Positions 8,473 through 16,883 of a stretch of DNA of 64,000 nt are shown one piece after another. The notes under the pieces were generated by a model. The model was not told the origin of the DNA, ran no database searches, and saw only the letters and a program-made list of their open reading frames with translations. This DNA is from an uncultured Acidobacteriota bacterium. Lineage in GTDB: Bacteria; Acidobacteriota; Thermoanaerobaculia; Thermoanaerobaculales; Sulfomarinibacteraceae. The stretch's first letter is position 1. Every line of letters starts with the position of its first letter. Position numbers and translations under genes: made by a program. The stretch is from positions 181,661-245,660 of the forward strand of contig CAWJPW010000005.1 in NCBI GenBank assembly GCA_963844845.1, read 5' to 3'.

Positions 8473-10881
8473 GTGTTCAGCATCATCGCCGACGCGAGCG
8501 AGCTGAGAGAGCATGTTCTGCTGCGGAACGGTCAGAGTGTCCTGCTCCGTCTCGCGCAGGAGAAGGACATCCCGGCCCTCGAGGAGCTTCTCGCCCGGGT
8601 TTCGCGGGAGAGCTTGCAGATGCGGTTCATGGCCGGCGTCTCGCAGGTTCCGCGGAAGTTCGTCGAAGCGCTGGTATCGGACGACCTGCGCGATCGCGCC
8701 TGCCTGCTCGCGATCATCGGCGAGGAGCCCCATCACACGGTGGCGGGCTTCGGCAACTACGTGGCGCTGGGAGTGCGCAACACCGCCGAGGTGGCTTTCC
8801 TGGTGGACGACGACTTTCAGGGCCGTGGCGTCAGCACCTTGCTGCTCGAACGCCTGGCGGGCATCGCGGCAGGAGTCGGCATCGTCGCCTTCGAGGCCGA
8901 GGTGCTGTTCGAGAACCAGGCCATGATCAACGTCTTCCGCAGCTCGGGCTTCGAGGCGCGGCAGGCGCTCGAGGGCGGGTCGTTCCACGTGGAGTTCCCG
9001 GTGGGCGGCGCCGCCGCTCTGCGCGAGCGAGGGGAGCTGCGCGAGCGCATCGCAACCGCCAACTCCATCGCCAGGCTCATCAGCCCGCGCACCGTGGCGG
9101 TGGTGGGTGCGTCGCGCCGCGCTTCCAACATCGGGGGTCTGATATTCCGCCACATCCTCGGCGCCGACTTCACGGGGGCCGTGTACCCGGTGAACCACCA
9201 GGCCGAGTCGGTCCAGGGCGTTCACGCCTACCCCTCCCCCGCCGACCTGCCGGAACCGGTGGACGTGGTTGTCGTTGCGGTCCCCGCCGGGCGGGTCCTC
9301 GAAGTGGCGGAGCAGTCTCTCCTGCGCGGCGCCAAGGGCCTCATCGTGGTGACCGCGGGCTTTGCCGAGTCCAGCGAGGAGGGTGCCGCGTTGCAGCGGC
9401 GCCTGCTCGACCTCGTTCGCTCGCACGGCGCCCGACTGGTGGGACCGAACTGCCTCGGCTTGCTCAACACCGACCCCGCAGTGCGCCTCAACGCCAGCCT
9501 CGCCCCCACCATGCCTCCCACCGGGCGCGTGGGCTTCTTCTCCCACTCTGCGGCTCTCGGCATCGTCATCCTCCAGTACGCGGTCGAGCGCGGCCTCGGA
9601 TTCTCCACCTTCGTGTCGGCCGGAAACCGCGCCGACGTGTCAGGCAACGACCTCCTGCAGTACTGGGAAGAGGACCCCTCCACCGACCTCGCCATGCTCT
9701 ACCTCGAGACGTTCGGCAACCCGAGAAGGTTCTCGCGCGTCGCGCGGCGGGTTTCTGCGCGCAAGCCGGTGCTCTGCGTCAAGAGCGCTCGGAGCCGCGC
9801 CGGCCGCAGCGTGGCCCAGGCGCACATCGGCGCGGCACCGGTGGCCGAGCAGGAGGTCGAGACGCTGTTCCGCCAGGCCGGCGTCATCCGCGTCGACACC
9901 CTCGAGGAGCTTTTCGACGTGGCCACTTTGCTCGCCCACCAGCCGCTGCCGGCGGGCAACCGCGTGGCAATCGTCGGCAACTCCGGGGGCGTCGTGACCA
10001 TCACGGCCGATGCCTGCGAGGCATACGGTCTCTCGGTCACGCACTCGGGGCGACAACGTCTTGGCACTCTCGCCGGGCCCGAACCTTTCCAGGCGGCGGT
10101 GCGCGCCGACCTGGAGGACTCCGACGTCGACGCCCTCATCGTCATCTACCTGTGCATCGGCGATTGCGACCCCGAGGTGGTCAGCCGTGCCATCCGCCGC
10201 GGGGTCGTCACTGCCGAGCGGCATACGGGCGTGAGCAAGCCGGTCCTGCTCTGCCTCATGGGGGCTGCCGGCACGGTCCAGGTGCCGGTGGCAGGCCGTT
10301 CGCGGGGCAACCGCGACGCGGTGTTCCCCTCGTATCGCTTCCCCGAGTCCGCAGTGCGGGCCCTCGCGCACGTGGTGGAGTATGCCGAGTACCGTCGCCA
10401 GCCGCCTGGGCGACTTCTGTGGTACGAGGACACGGACGCGGGGGCAGCCCGCGCTCAGGTCGAGGAGATCCTGTCGCCGCTTCGGGGGACGGCTCCTGCG
10501 AAGGTCTCGGGGGATACCGCCAGAGCCCTCCTGGATGCCTTCGGGATTTCGGTGGATGAGGCGGCCAAGGCACCCCGAAAGCTCTCCCTCGCGGTGCGCT
10601 CGGACCCCGACTTCGGCCCGCTGCTCGTTCTCCGACGGGGATCGGCCCGCCTCCAGCGCCTCACGCCCCTCACCAGCCGTGACCTGCGTGAGCTCACCGC
10701 GAAGATGGATCTCCCGCCCGATGGGAGCGAGGCAGAGCTGCTGGGCCGCCTGTCCCAGCTGGTGGAGGAGCTTCCCTGGCTCACCGAGCTCACGGGCACG
10801 CTCATCCCGGCGGAGCACGCGGCGGGAGGAAGGGCGGCGCTTGAACCAGACGTGCGAATGGTGTTCAGCCGGGAACCGTAG
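8473..10881 (+). CDS. Protein lysine acetyltransferase, Pat-like with reversed domain order (N-terminal GNAT + C-terminal NDP-forming acyl-CoA synthetase-like region)
   Basis: GTG at 8473 with GGAGG 5 nt upstream. GNAT core FLVDDDFQGRGVSTLLLERL. Then the CoA-binding and succinyl-CoA-ligase-like segments PRTVAVVGASRR, GLIVVTAGFAE and LVGPNCLGLLN. Confidence 0.8.
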   Translation: MFSIIADASELREHVLLRNGQSVLLRLAQEKDIPALEELLARVSRESLQMRFMAGVSQVPRKFVEALVSDDLRDRACLLAIIGEEPHHTVAGFGNYVALGVRNTAEVAFLVDDDFQGRGVSTLLLERLAGIAAGVGIVAFEAEVLFENQAMINVFRSSGFEARQALEGGSFHVEFPVGGAAALRERGELRERIATANSIARLISPRTVAVVGASRRASNIGGLIFRHILGADFTGAVYPVNHQAESVQGVHAYPSPADLPEPVDVVVVAVPAGRVLEVAEQSLLRGAKGLIVVTAGFAESSEEGAALQRRLLDLVRSHGARLVGPNCLGLLNTDPAVRLNASLAPTMPPTGRVGFFSHSAALGIVILQYAVERGLGFSTFVSAGNRADVSGNDLLQYWEEDPSTDLAMLYLETFGNPRRFSRVARRVSARKPVLCVKSARSRAGRSVAQAHIGAAPVAEQEVETLFRQAGVIRVDTLEELFDVATLLAHQPLPAGNRVAIVGNSGGVVTITADACEAYGLSVTHSGRQRLGTLAGPEPFQAAVRADLEDSDVDALIVIYLCIGDCDPEVVSRAIRRGVVTAERHTGVSKPVLLCLMGAAGTVQVPVAGRSRGNRDAVFPSYRFPESAVRALAHVVEYAEYRRQPPGRLLWYEDTDAGAARAQVEEILSPLRGTAPAKVSGDTARALLDAFGISVDEAAKAPRKLSLAVRSDPDFGPLLVLRRGSARLQRLTPLTSRDLRELTAKMDLPPDGSEAELLGRLSQLVEELPWLTELTGTLIPAEHAAGGRAALEPDVRMVFSREP

Positions 10882-10924
10882 ACGTTTCACCGCACACGGC
10901 TGAATCCGGTTCCGGAGGTCACTC

Positions 10925-11554
10925 ATGCTGGTACGCGACATCATGACCAGCCCCGCACTCACCGTCGGGGGCGAGAGCACGCTCGAGGGAGCGTGCCACA
11001 TCATGCACGAGCACAACATCAGACACCTGCCGGTGCTCGAGGATGGGCGTCTGGTGGGCATCATCACCGACCGTGATCTTGGAGGGTCCTCCTCGTCGTT
11101 CTGCGTGGCCCCGGCGGCGCCGCGAGGACTGGTACGGGAGGCCATGACCCAGCCCGTCCGTACCGCGAGCGCGGATGACCCCGTGGAGGATGCTGCCCGC
11201 GTCATGCGCGAACTCAAGATCGGCTGCCTTCCGGTGGTGGAGGACGAGCGCCTCGTGGGCATCGTCACCGGCATCGACCTCCTCGACGCCCTGCTCCGCC
11301 TCACCGGCGTGCATCGCCCCGGGGGCCGCCTGGAGATCCGCCTGCAGGATCGCCCCGGTGAGCTCGGGCGGCTCATGACCCTGTTCGGTGAACGCCGCGT
11401 GAACACGCACTCGGTCCTCACCCACCCGGAGGAGGGCGGGGCGGTGAGGGTTGTGCTGCGGGTCGGCACGTTGGAGACCCGGCCCCTGGCCAACACCCTG
11501 CGCGAGATGGGCTTCGAGGTGGTGTGGCCGCCGGAGAAGCCATGGCAGGAGTGA
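10925..11554 (+). CDS. CBS-pair + ACT domain protein (AcuB-like)
   Basis: Two CBS repeats (VRDIMTSPALTV ... HLPVLEDGRLVGIITDRDL; MTQPVRTASADD ... CLPVVEDERLVGIVTGIDLL), then an ACT-like C-terminus. SD GGAGG upstream. Confidence 0.8.
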   Translation: MLVRDIMTSPALTVGGESTLEGACHIMHEHNIRHLPVLEDGRLVGIITDRDLGGSSSSFCVAPAAPRGLVREAMTQPVRTASADDPVEDAARVMRELKIGCLPVVEDERLVGIVTGIDLLDALLRLTGVHRPGGRLEIRLQDRPGELGRLMTLFGERRVNTHSVLTHPEEGGAVRVVLRVGTLETRPLANTLREMGFEVVWPPEKPWQE

Positions 11555-12675
11555 TCTTCAACCCAGGCTACGCAGCCTACGACTTCGGAGCGGAGCACCC
11601 GTTCTCCCCTGCCCGCGTGGCCATGACGCTCGATCTCCTGGACGCGCTCGACCACCCTGTGACCTGGACCACCGCGCCGACTGCGACCCGCGATGAGATC
11701 CTCACCGTCCATGAAGAGCCCTACGTCCGTGCGGTGGAGGCCCTGAGCAGCGACCAGTCCGCCATCGACGGCTCGTCCTTCGGCCTCGACACCGCCGACA
11801 CACCGTGGTTCCCCGGCATGGACGAAGCCGGGCGCTGCGTGGTCGGCGGCACGCTCGAGGCGGCGCGCCGCATCGCCGACGGGCGCGAGACCTGCGTCCT
11901 CCAACTGGGCGGTGGGCTCCACCATGCCCATCCCGGATGGGCCTCGGGCTTTTGCGTCTACAACGACCTGGCGGTGGCCATCCGCCACCTCGTGGACAGC
12001 GGGCTGTTCGTCGCCTACCTGGACATCGACGTGCATCACGGCGACGGCGTGCAGGACGCCTTCTACCGGGACGAGCACGTGCTGACCATCAGCCTGCACG
12101 AGTCCGGGCAGTACCTTTACCCCGGGTCCGGCGAGATCTACGAGCTCGGCGAGGGTATGGGCCGAGGGCTCGCCGTCAACATGCCGCTCGAGCCCTTCAC
12201 CGAGGACGACGGCTATCTGGAGGTCTTCGACGCGGTTGTTCCGCAGGCGCTGCAGTGGTTCGGCCCCCAGGTTCTCGTGGTCCAGGCGGGCGCTGACGGG
12301 CACTTCGCGGACCCTCTCGCCGATCTTGCGTTGACGACCCGTGGGTACGAGGCGCTTCACCGGCGCATCCTGGCACTGGCTGAGCGCTTTACCCAGGGGC
12401 GGCTCCTGCTGACCCTCGGCGGCGGCTACACCTTCCACGCGGTGACCCGGGTGTGGACGATTCTCTACCTGGTGCTTCATGGGCTTCCGGTTCCTGAGGA
12501 GATCCCCGAGGCCTGGTCGAGGAAGTGGGCGCCTCGCCTGAAGGGGCGCGTCCCGCGGACTTTGCACGACGCGCCTAACCCGTTCGAGCCGATCCCCCGG
12601 CGCCCCGAGATCACCAAGCGGAATCGCGACGTCTCCACCAGGCTGCTCGACTCCCTTGCGCGCTACTGGTTCTAG
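11542..12675 (+). CDS. acuC: Histone-deacetylase-family protein deacetylase (acetoin utilisation protein AcuC-like)
   Basis: ATG at 11542 overlaps the stop of the CBS gene. Class I HDAC motifs are present: GGGLHHA, DIDVHHGDGVQ, LGGGGY. An alternative in-frame start lies at 11524. Confidence 0.85.
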   Translation: MAGVIFNPGYAAYDFGAEHPFSPARVAMTLDLLDALDHPVTWTTAPTATRDEILTVHEEPYVRAVEALSSDQSAIDGSSFGLDTADTPWFPGMDEAGRCVVGGTLEAARRIADGRETCVLQLGGGLHHAHPGWASGFCVYNDLAVAIRHLVDSGLFVAYLDIDVHHGDGVQDAFYRDEHVLTISLHESGQYLYPGSGEIYELGEGMGRGLAVNMPLEPFTEDDGYLEVFDAVVPQALQWFGPQVLVVQAGADGHFADPLADLALTTRGYEALHRRILALAERFTQGRLLLTLGGGYTFHAVTRVWTILYLVLHGLPVPEEIPEAWSRKWAPRLKGRVPRTLHDAPNPFEPIPRRPEITKRNRDVSTRLLDSLARYWF

Positions 12676-12790
12676 GGCCGTGGCAGGCGGGCATGGGATC
12701 TCACACCTCGGAGGTGCAGCCGCGTCGGCCTCGTCCGCAGAAGAGCGGTGAGTGCAGGTCGGCAGAGCTCGATCGCCAGTCAGACAATAC

Positions 12791-12819
12791 TTGACAAGTG
12801 ACCGCTCAAGTGTTAGAGA
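12791..12819 (+). promoter_or_regulatory. Sigma70-like promoter candidate (TTGACA-N17-TAGAGA)
   Basis: TTGACA at 12791-12796 and TAGAGA at 12814-12819 with a 17-nt spacer, 55 nt upstream of the zinc-ribbon gene. Confidence 0.4.
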
Positions 12820-12874
12820 AGCAGCTGCGCTGGAGGTCCTGCTGGTCCTGCCAACGCCCTCTTGGAGGAACGGC

Positions 12875-13168
12875 ATGCCTTTGTACGAGTACCTGTGCAG
12901 TGCGTGCGCCCAGCGCTTCGAGCGGCTCGAGAGCTTCGATGCCGATCCCCAGCCCCCGTGTCCCGCCTGCGGCGGCACCGCCAGTCGCCAGCTCAGCGTG
13001 CCGGCGCTGCAGTTCAAGGGCAGCGGCTTCTACGTGAACGACTACGGCCGCGGCTCTTCACCGGCGAGCACGTCCTGCTCCGCTGGCTCGGCGACTTGCA
13101 GCGCCTCCTCGAGCCCGACCGAGGCCTCGAGCACACCGTGCTGCGGCGGCAAGGGCTGCGCGGCCTGA
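12875..13168 (+). CDS. FmdB-family zinc-ribbon putative regulatory protein
   Basis: ATG at 12875 with GGAGGA upstream. MPLYEYLCSAC ... CPACGG (CxxC x2), FKGSGFY, and a Ser/Cys-rich tail ending CCGGKGCAA. Confidence 0.8.
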   Translation: MPLYEYLCSACAQRFERLESFDADPQPPCPACGGTASRQLSVPALQFKGSGFYVNDYGRGSSPASTSCSAGSATCSASSSPTEASSTPCCGGKGCAA

Positions 13169-13193
13169 CCAATCGGGACGCGAATCAGCCTGA

Positions 13194-13673
13194 TCAGCTC
13201 GCCGGCCCGGTTCCCCAGAGGTTTGGAACCAACGACGCTTCCAGCAGATGGACATGAACACGGTCGTCGCCGGTCTTCGCGGCGATCGTCGCGAGCTCGG
13301 CGTCCCAACCGTGCCTGCCGGCTGGCGTGCTCACGACGAGACGAAGGCGGTTGAACCTCCGGGCGTCCCGCTCCGTGCGGCCCGCCTCCACGATGGACGG
13401 GAGCCGAGCCCGAAAGCCACCGGTGTCGGCGGGGCACAGAATCCACACCAGGAGCCTCCCGCCCACCTCGAGGACGCCTCTGACCTCGGCCACGTGTGCC
13501 AGCCCAGGCGCCTCCTTCACCTCGATGCGCGCCAGCACGTCGTCAGGGCACCCGCAGCCCAGGGTCTCGCGCACGAAGCGGGCCAGGTCGGCGGTCGATG
13601 CAGGCTGTCGCGCGAGCATACCGTCCTCCCCTAGCAGGATAACAACGCCTGCAGCACTTTCCTGAAGCCACAT
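13194..13673 (-). CDS. Hypothetical protein
   Basis: 159-aa ORF from ATG 13673 with high GC3. No family recognised by eye. Contains a GCGCP motif. Confidence 0.45.
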   Translation of the reverse strand: MWLQESAAGVVILLGEDGMLARQPASTADLARFVRETLGCGCPDDVLARIEVKEAPGLAHVAEVRGVLEVGGRLLVWILCPADTGGFRARLPSIVEAGRTERDARRFNRLRLVVSTPAGRHGWDAELATIAAKTGDDRVHVHLLEASLVPNLWGTGPAS

Positions 13674-13741
13674 GGAGAACCCGCCTTGCCCGCAGCTCGC
13701 CCTGGTCACTGCTGAGCGACACGCCCCCGCGTCGTCTCCGG

Positions 13742-13755
13742 CTAGCCCGGGCTAG
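13742..13755. repeat. Perfect 14-bp palindrome CTAGCCCGGGCTAG overlapping the -10 box of the DUF3592 gene
   Basis: Read directly from the sequence. The right arm supplies the TAG of TAGAAT (13753-13758). Confidence 0.6.
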
Positions 13756-13758
13756 AAT
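13753..13758 (+). promoter_or_regulatory. -10 box TAGAAT placed 6 nt before the GTG start (leaderless-type promoter)
   Basis: TAGAAT-gatctc-GTG(13765), with no SD. The same geometry occurs at six other genes. Confidence 0.45.
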
Positions 13759-13764
13759 GATCTC

Positions 13765-15471
13765 GTGCCTCCACTGCGAATCACGAGCCCGAGCGCTCCC
13801 GGTGGCTGTGGCCGTGTCTTCGTGACGCTGTTCTTCGGCGTGTTCCTCGCCGCCGGCCTCCTCTTTACAGGGATGCTCGGGCGCGAGGTCCTCGCCACCG
13901 TCGCCACCTGGACGTGGCAGACCGCACCGTGCACCGTGGTCTCCAGCACGGTGACGCAGGACGGCAGCAGCTTCGGCGTCGACATCTCCTATCGCTATCA
14001 ATGGGAGGGCGTCGATCACCTGGGCACCACATTCACGCAGGGCAGCTACTCGACCTCCGACGTGTCCGCAGCCGAACGCGCGGCGGACCGCTACGCCGTG
14101 GGGGCCGAGGCCACCTGCTTCGTCGACCCCGACGACCCCGCACACTCGATGATCCGTCGCCGCTCGCTGTGGTTCGCCTTCACTCTCCTCCTGCCCCTCG
14201 TCTTCGTCGCCGTCGGGGTTGGTGGAATCTGGGGGGTCTGGCGCCGCAAGCCCACGACGCCGGCGGGAGATCTCCAGCCACTGGCGCCGGCAGCCACCCG
14301 CAAGAGTCGGGTCGCTCGTACCGCTCTGCTCGTCCTCTTCGGCCTCTTCGCGCTGGCGGGCGGTGTCGCCACCTACTTCATGCTGATCCGCCCGGCGGTG
14401 CGGGTGTTGGTCGCCCAGGGCTGGGAGGCGACGCCGTGCCGAGTGCTCTCCAGCGAGGTTCGCTCTCACAGGAGCGACGACGGGACGACCTACAGTGTGG
14501 AGATCCTCTACCAGTACGAGCTCCAAGGCCGGAGCTTCCGCGGGAACCGTTACGACTTCCTCGGCGGCTCGTCCGGTGGCTACGAGGGTAAGGCCAGGGT
14601 CGTCGAAGCCCATCCCGTCGGCAGCACAACGGTGTGCTACGTGAATCCTGACGACCCCCACGATACCGTTCTGGAGCGGGGCTTTCGTGCCATCTACCTC
14701 GTCGGGCTCGTTCCGCTGCTGTTCTTCGTGATCGGCGCGGCGGGGTTGACGGCATTGAAGCGCGGACGCTTCTCGGGGCGCACCGCGAAGACCGCTGTAC
14801 CCGGCGCGGGCGCGCCGGCATCTCCCGCTGCAAGCCCACCGTCCGCACCGGGACCGGTGGAGCTGCGCCCGCAGGCATCGCCGCTCGCCAAGCTCGCAGG
14901 CATGACGTTCTTCGCACTTTTCTGGAACGGCATCACCGGCGTCTTCGTGTTCCAGCTCGTGGGGGAGTGGCGCTCAGGGGCTGCCCCGTTGGGAGGAACG
15001 CTCTTCATGGTGCCCTTCGTGCTGATCGGGCTGGCCACCCTGAGCGCCGTCGGCTACTTCTTCCTCGGCCTCTTCAACCCCCGCCCGATCCTGCGTCTGC
15101 CCACCGGCTCACCGGCACTGGGCGACCGCCTCGACGTGGAGTGGGAGCTGCACGGCAGCGTCGAGCGCATCCGCACCTTCCGGATCGCGCTCACGGGCCG
15201 GGAGGAGGCGACCTACCGTCGGGGGACGAACACGCAGACGGACCGCGAGACCTTCGCCGACATCACGGTGTTCGAGAGCAACAGCCCCTGGGAGATGCGC
15301 CGCGGTCAGACCGCGGTGGTGATCCCTTCCGACACGATGCACACATTCACCGCGCCGAACAACAAGGTCGTCTGGGCCATCGCCGTCCACGGCGACATTG
15401 CGCGCTGGCCGGACATCGACGAAGACTTCGCGGTCGACGTGCTGCCCAGACCGCTGGAGCTCGAAACTTGA
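13765..15471 (+). CDS. Polytopic membrane protein with two DUF3592 domains and a C-terminal soluble beta-rich domain
   Basis: Two copies of the pattern TM - W(Q/E)(T/A)xPC(T/R)V(V/L)SS ... Y(R/Q)Y ... CxV(D/N)PDDP - TM. A further TM pair follows, then a roughly 125-aa C-terminal domain. Confidence 0.7.
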   Translation: MPPLRITSPSAPGGCGRVFVTLFFGVFLAAGLLFTGMLGREVLATVATWTWQTAPCTVVSSTVTQDGSSFGVDISYRYQWEGVDHLGTTFTQGSYSTSDVSAAERAADRYAVGAEATCFVDPDDPAHSMIRRRSLWFAFTLLLPLVFVAVGVGGIWGVWRRKPTTPAGDLQPLAPAATRKSRVARTALLVLFGLFALAGGVATYFMLIRPAVRVLVAQGWEATPCRVLSSEVRSHRSDDGTTYSVEILYQYELQGRSFRGNRYDFLGGSSGGYEGKARVVEAHPVGSTTVCYVNPDDPHDTVLERGFRAIYLVGLVPLLFFVIGAAGLTALKRGRFSGRTAKTAVPGAGAPASPAASPPSAPGPVELRPQASPLAKLAGMTFFALFWNGITGVFVFQLVGEWRSGAAPLGGTLFMVPFVLIGLATLSAVGYFFLGLFNPRPILRLPTGSPALGDRLDVEWELHGSVERIRTFRIALTGREEATYRRGTNTQTDRETFADITVFESNSPWEMRRGQTAVVIPSDTMHTFTAPNNKVVWAIAVHGDIARWPDIDEDFAVDVLPRPLELET

Positions 15472-15851
15472 GCGAGCTGATCCTGCACCTTGACGGCGAC
15501 CGCTCAGCCTTCCGTCCGGGTGAGGTGGTGTCGGGCACTCTCAGGTGGCGCCTGTCCGACACCTCCGAAACCCTCACTGTCCGCCTGCTGTGGTTCACCC
15601 AGGGCAAGGGCACGGTCGACGTCGGCGTGGTCGACGAGCACCCGGTCTCTGCACCGGGACCTTCCGGCGAGGAGCCCTTTCGCTTCCGCCTTCCCGCCGG
15701 TCCCTACTCGTTCTCGGGGCGCCTGATCTCCCTGCTCTGGGCGGTGGAGGCGGCGGCTTCGCCCGACACGGTCGCTCGGGTCAACCTGATTGTCTCCCCT
15801 ACCTTGGTGGAGGTGCTGGTGGGGCCGCAGCCGGGCCTGGACGGTTCCTGA
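15468..15851 (+). CDS. Arrestin/Spo0M-like beta-sandwich protein (hypothetical)
   Basis: The TTG at 15468 overlaps the upstream TGA (TTGA). FRPGEVVSGTLRW ... LTVRLLWFTQGKG ... FRFRLPAGPYSFSGRLISLLWAVEA resembles arrestin-N/Spo0M-type domains. The start codon is uncertain. Confidence 0.5.
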   Translation: MSELILHLDGDRSAFRPGEVVSGTLRWRLSDTSETLTVRLLWFTQGKGTVDVGVVDEHPVSAPGPSGEEPFRFRLPAGPYSFSGRLISLLWAVEAAASPDTVARVNLIVSPTLVEVLVGPQPGLDGS

Positions 15852-15854
15852 CCC

Positions 15855-16520
15855 ATGAAGCCCCGCGACAACCCCTTCGCGAGTCACCACCTCGAGGCCC
15901 TGCGGTTCCGGCCCGTGGGCACCTCCTGGGAGGAGCTTCTCGCTCGTCTCGACACGCTCGGTGGCCGAGCAGTCATCGTGGGTTCCCACGGATCCGGCAA
16001 GACGACGCTACTCGAGGCGCTGGCCGGCAGGCTCGCCCAGCGGGGTCTGCAGGCGAGGGTCGTGCGTCTGGAGGGATACGGCCCGGCTTTCCTGGGCGCC
16101 GGCCCGTTCGCTCCCTGCGACGCCGTGCTGCTAGACGGCGCCGACCGTGTCGGTTCCATCGCGTGGGCGCGACTGCGATGGCGGTGCCGACGGGCTGCCG
16201 TTCTGCTGGTGACGTCGCACCATGGCGGGCGTCTGCCCACGCTTCATCATTGCGTGACGTCGCCACAGCTCCTCGCCGACCTCATCGCGGACCGTGTCGG
16301 TGGCCGCTCGTGCCAGCACCTGCGGCTCGCAGAAGACCTCCATCGAAGGCACGGCGGCGACCTCAGAGCGGCGCTGCGGGAGCTTTACGATCACGTTCGT
16401 GAGACGCCGGGGGGTGTCGGCGTCAGCTCAGTCGCTTTCGCACCGGCTGGCGGGCCGCGCGGGGCGGCGCCGCCGAGGAAAGCCGCGGCTCAGTGGCCAC
16501 GGGGACCCCGAGAGCGCTGA
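15855..16520 (+). CDS. Small P-loop NTPase (hypothetical)
   Basis: ATG lies 3 nt after the upstream stop. Walker A GSHGSGKTT. Walker B-like AVLLDGAD. The last 98 nt overlap a convergent ORF. Confidence 0.6.
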   Translation: MKPRDNPFASHHLEALRFRPVGTSWEELLARLDTLGGRAVIVGSHGSGKTTLLEALAGRLAQRGLQARVVRLEGYGPAFLGAGPFAPCDAVLLDGADRVGSIAWARLRWRCRRAAVLLVTSHHGGRLPTLHHCVTSPQLLADLIADRVGGRSCQHLRLAEDLHRRHGGDLRAALRELYDHVRETPGGVGVSSVAFAPAGGPRGAAPPRKAAAQWPRGPRER

Positions 16521-16776
16521 GGGGGAGCCGTCGCAGAACCTGGCGGCCGTTGTGGTCGAGCACCGAAACGCCGGAACCCTCCCCCAGCTCCAGCTCGGCC
16601 ACCTGGGACGCGCGGCCATAGCGCCGGCGAACCTCCTCCACCGCCACCTCATGGGCGATGAAACGGGTCACGCCCAGCCTGGCAAGGCGTGCGACGAGCT
16701 GTGGGTCCGTCACTGACCCCAGCGAGGTCAGGATGAGCAGCGGTGCACGCTCGGTAAAGAGCACGTAGGCCCGCAT
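16423..16776 (-). CDS. Hypothetical small protein
   Basis: 117-aa ORF from ATG 16776 with a GGGGA SD-like element. High GC3. No family recognised. Confidence 0.4.
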   Translation of the reverse strand: MRAYVLFTERAPLLILTSLGSVTDPQLVARLARLGVTRFIAHEVAVEEVRRRYGRASQVAELELGEGSGVSVLDHNGRQVLRRLPLSALGVPVATEPRLSSAAPPRAARQPVRKRLS

Positions 16777-16883
16777 GGCCGATCCCCTTTCGCCCTACCT
16801 TGAAGATCGGTCGTTCCCCTCTTGCCGTCAATGGCCGTCGGGCCGAGCGTGACCTGCTACCATGTCGCAATCCTGGAGGAAGA

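Noticed and set aside
9640-13017. 1125-aa ORF on the minus strand spanning the pat / acuB / acuC region
   Set aside because: It is antisense to three well-supported genes. Its composition is Arg/Ala/Gly/Pro-rich with no recognisable domains. This is the typical shadow ORF of a 70% GC genome.
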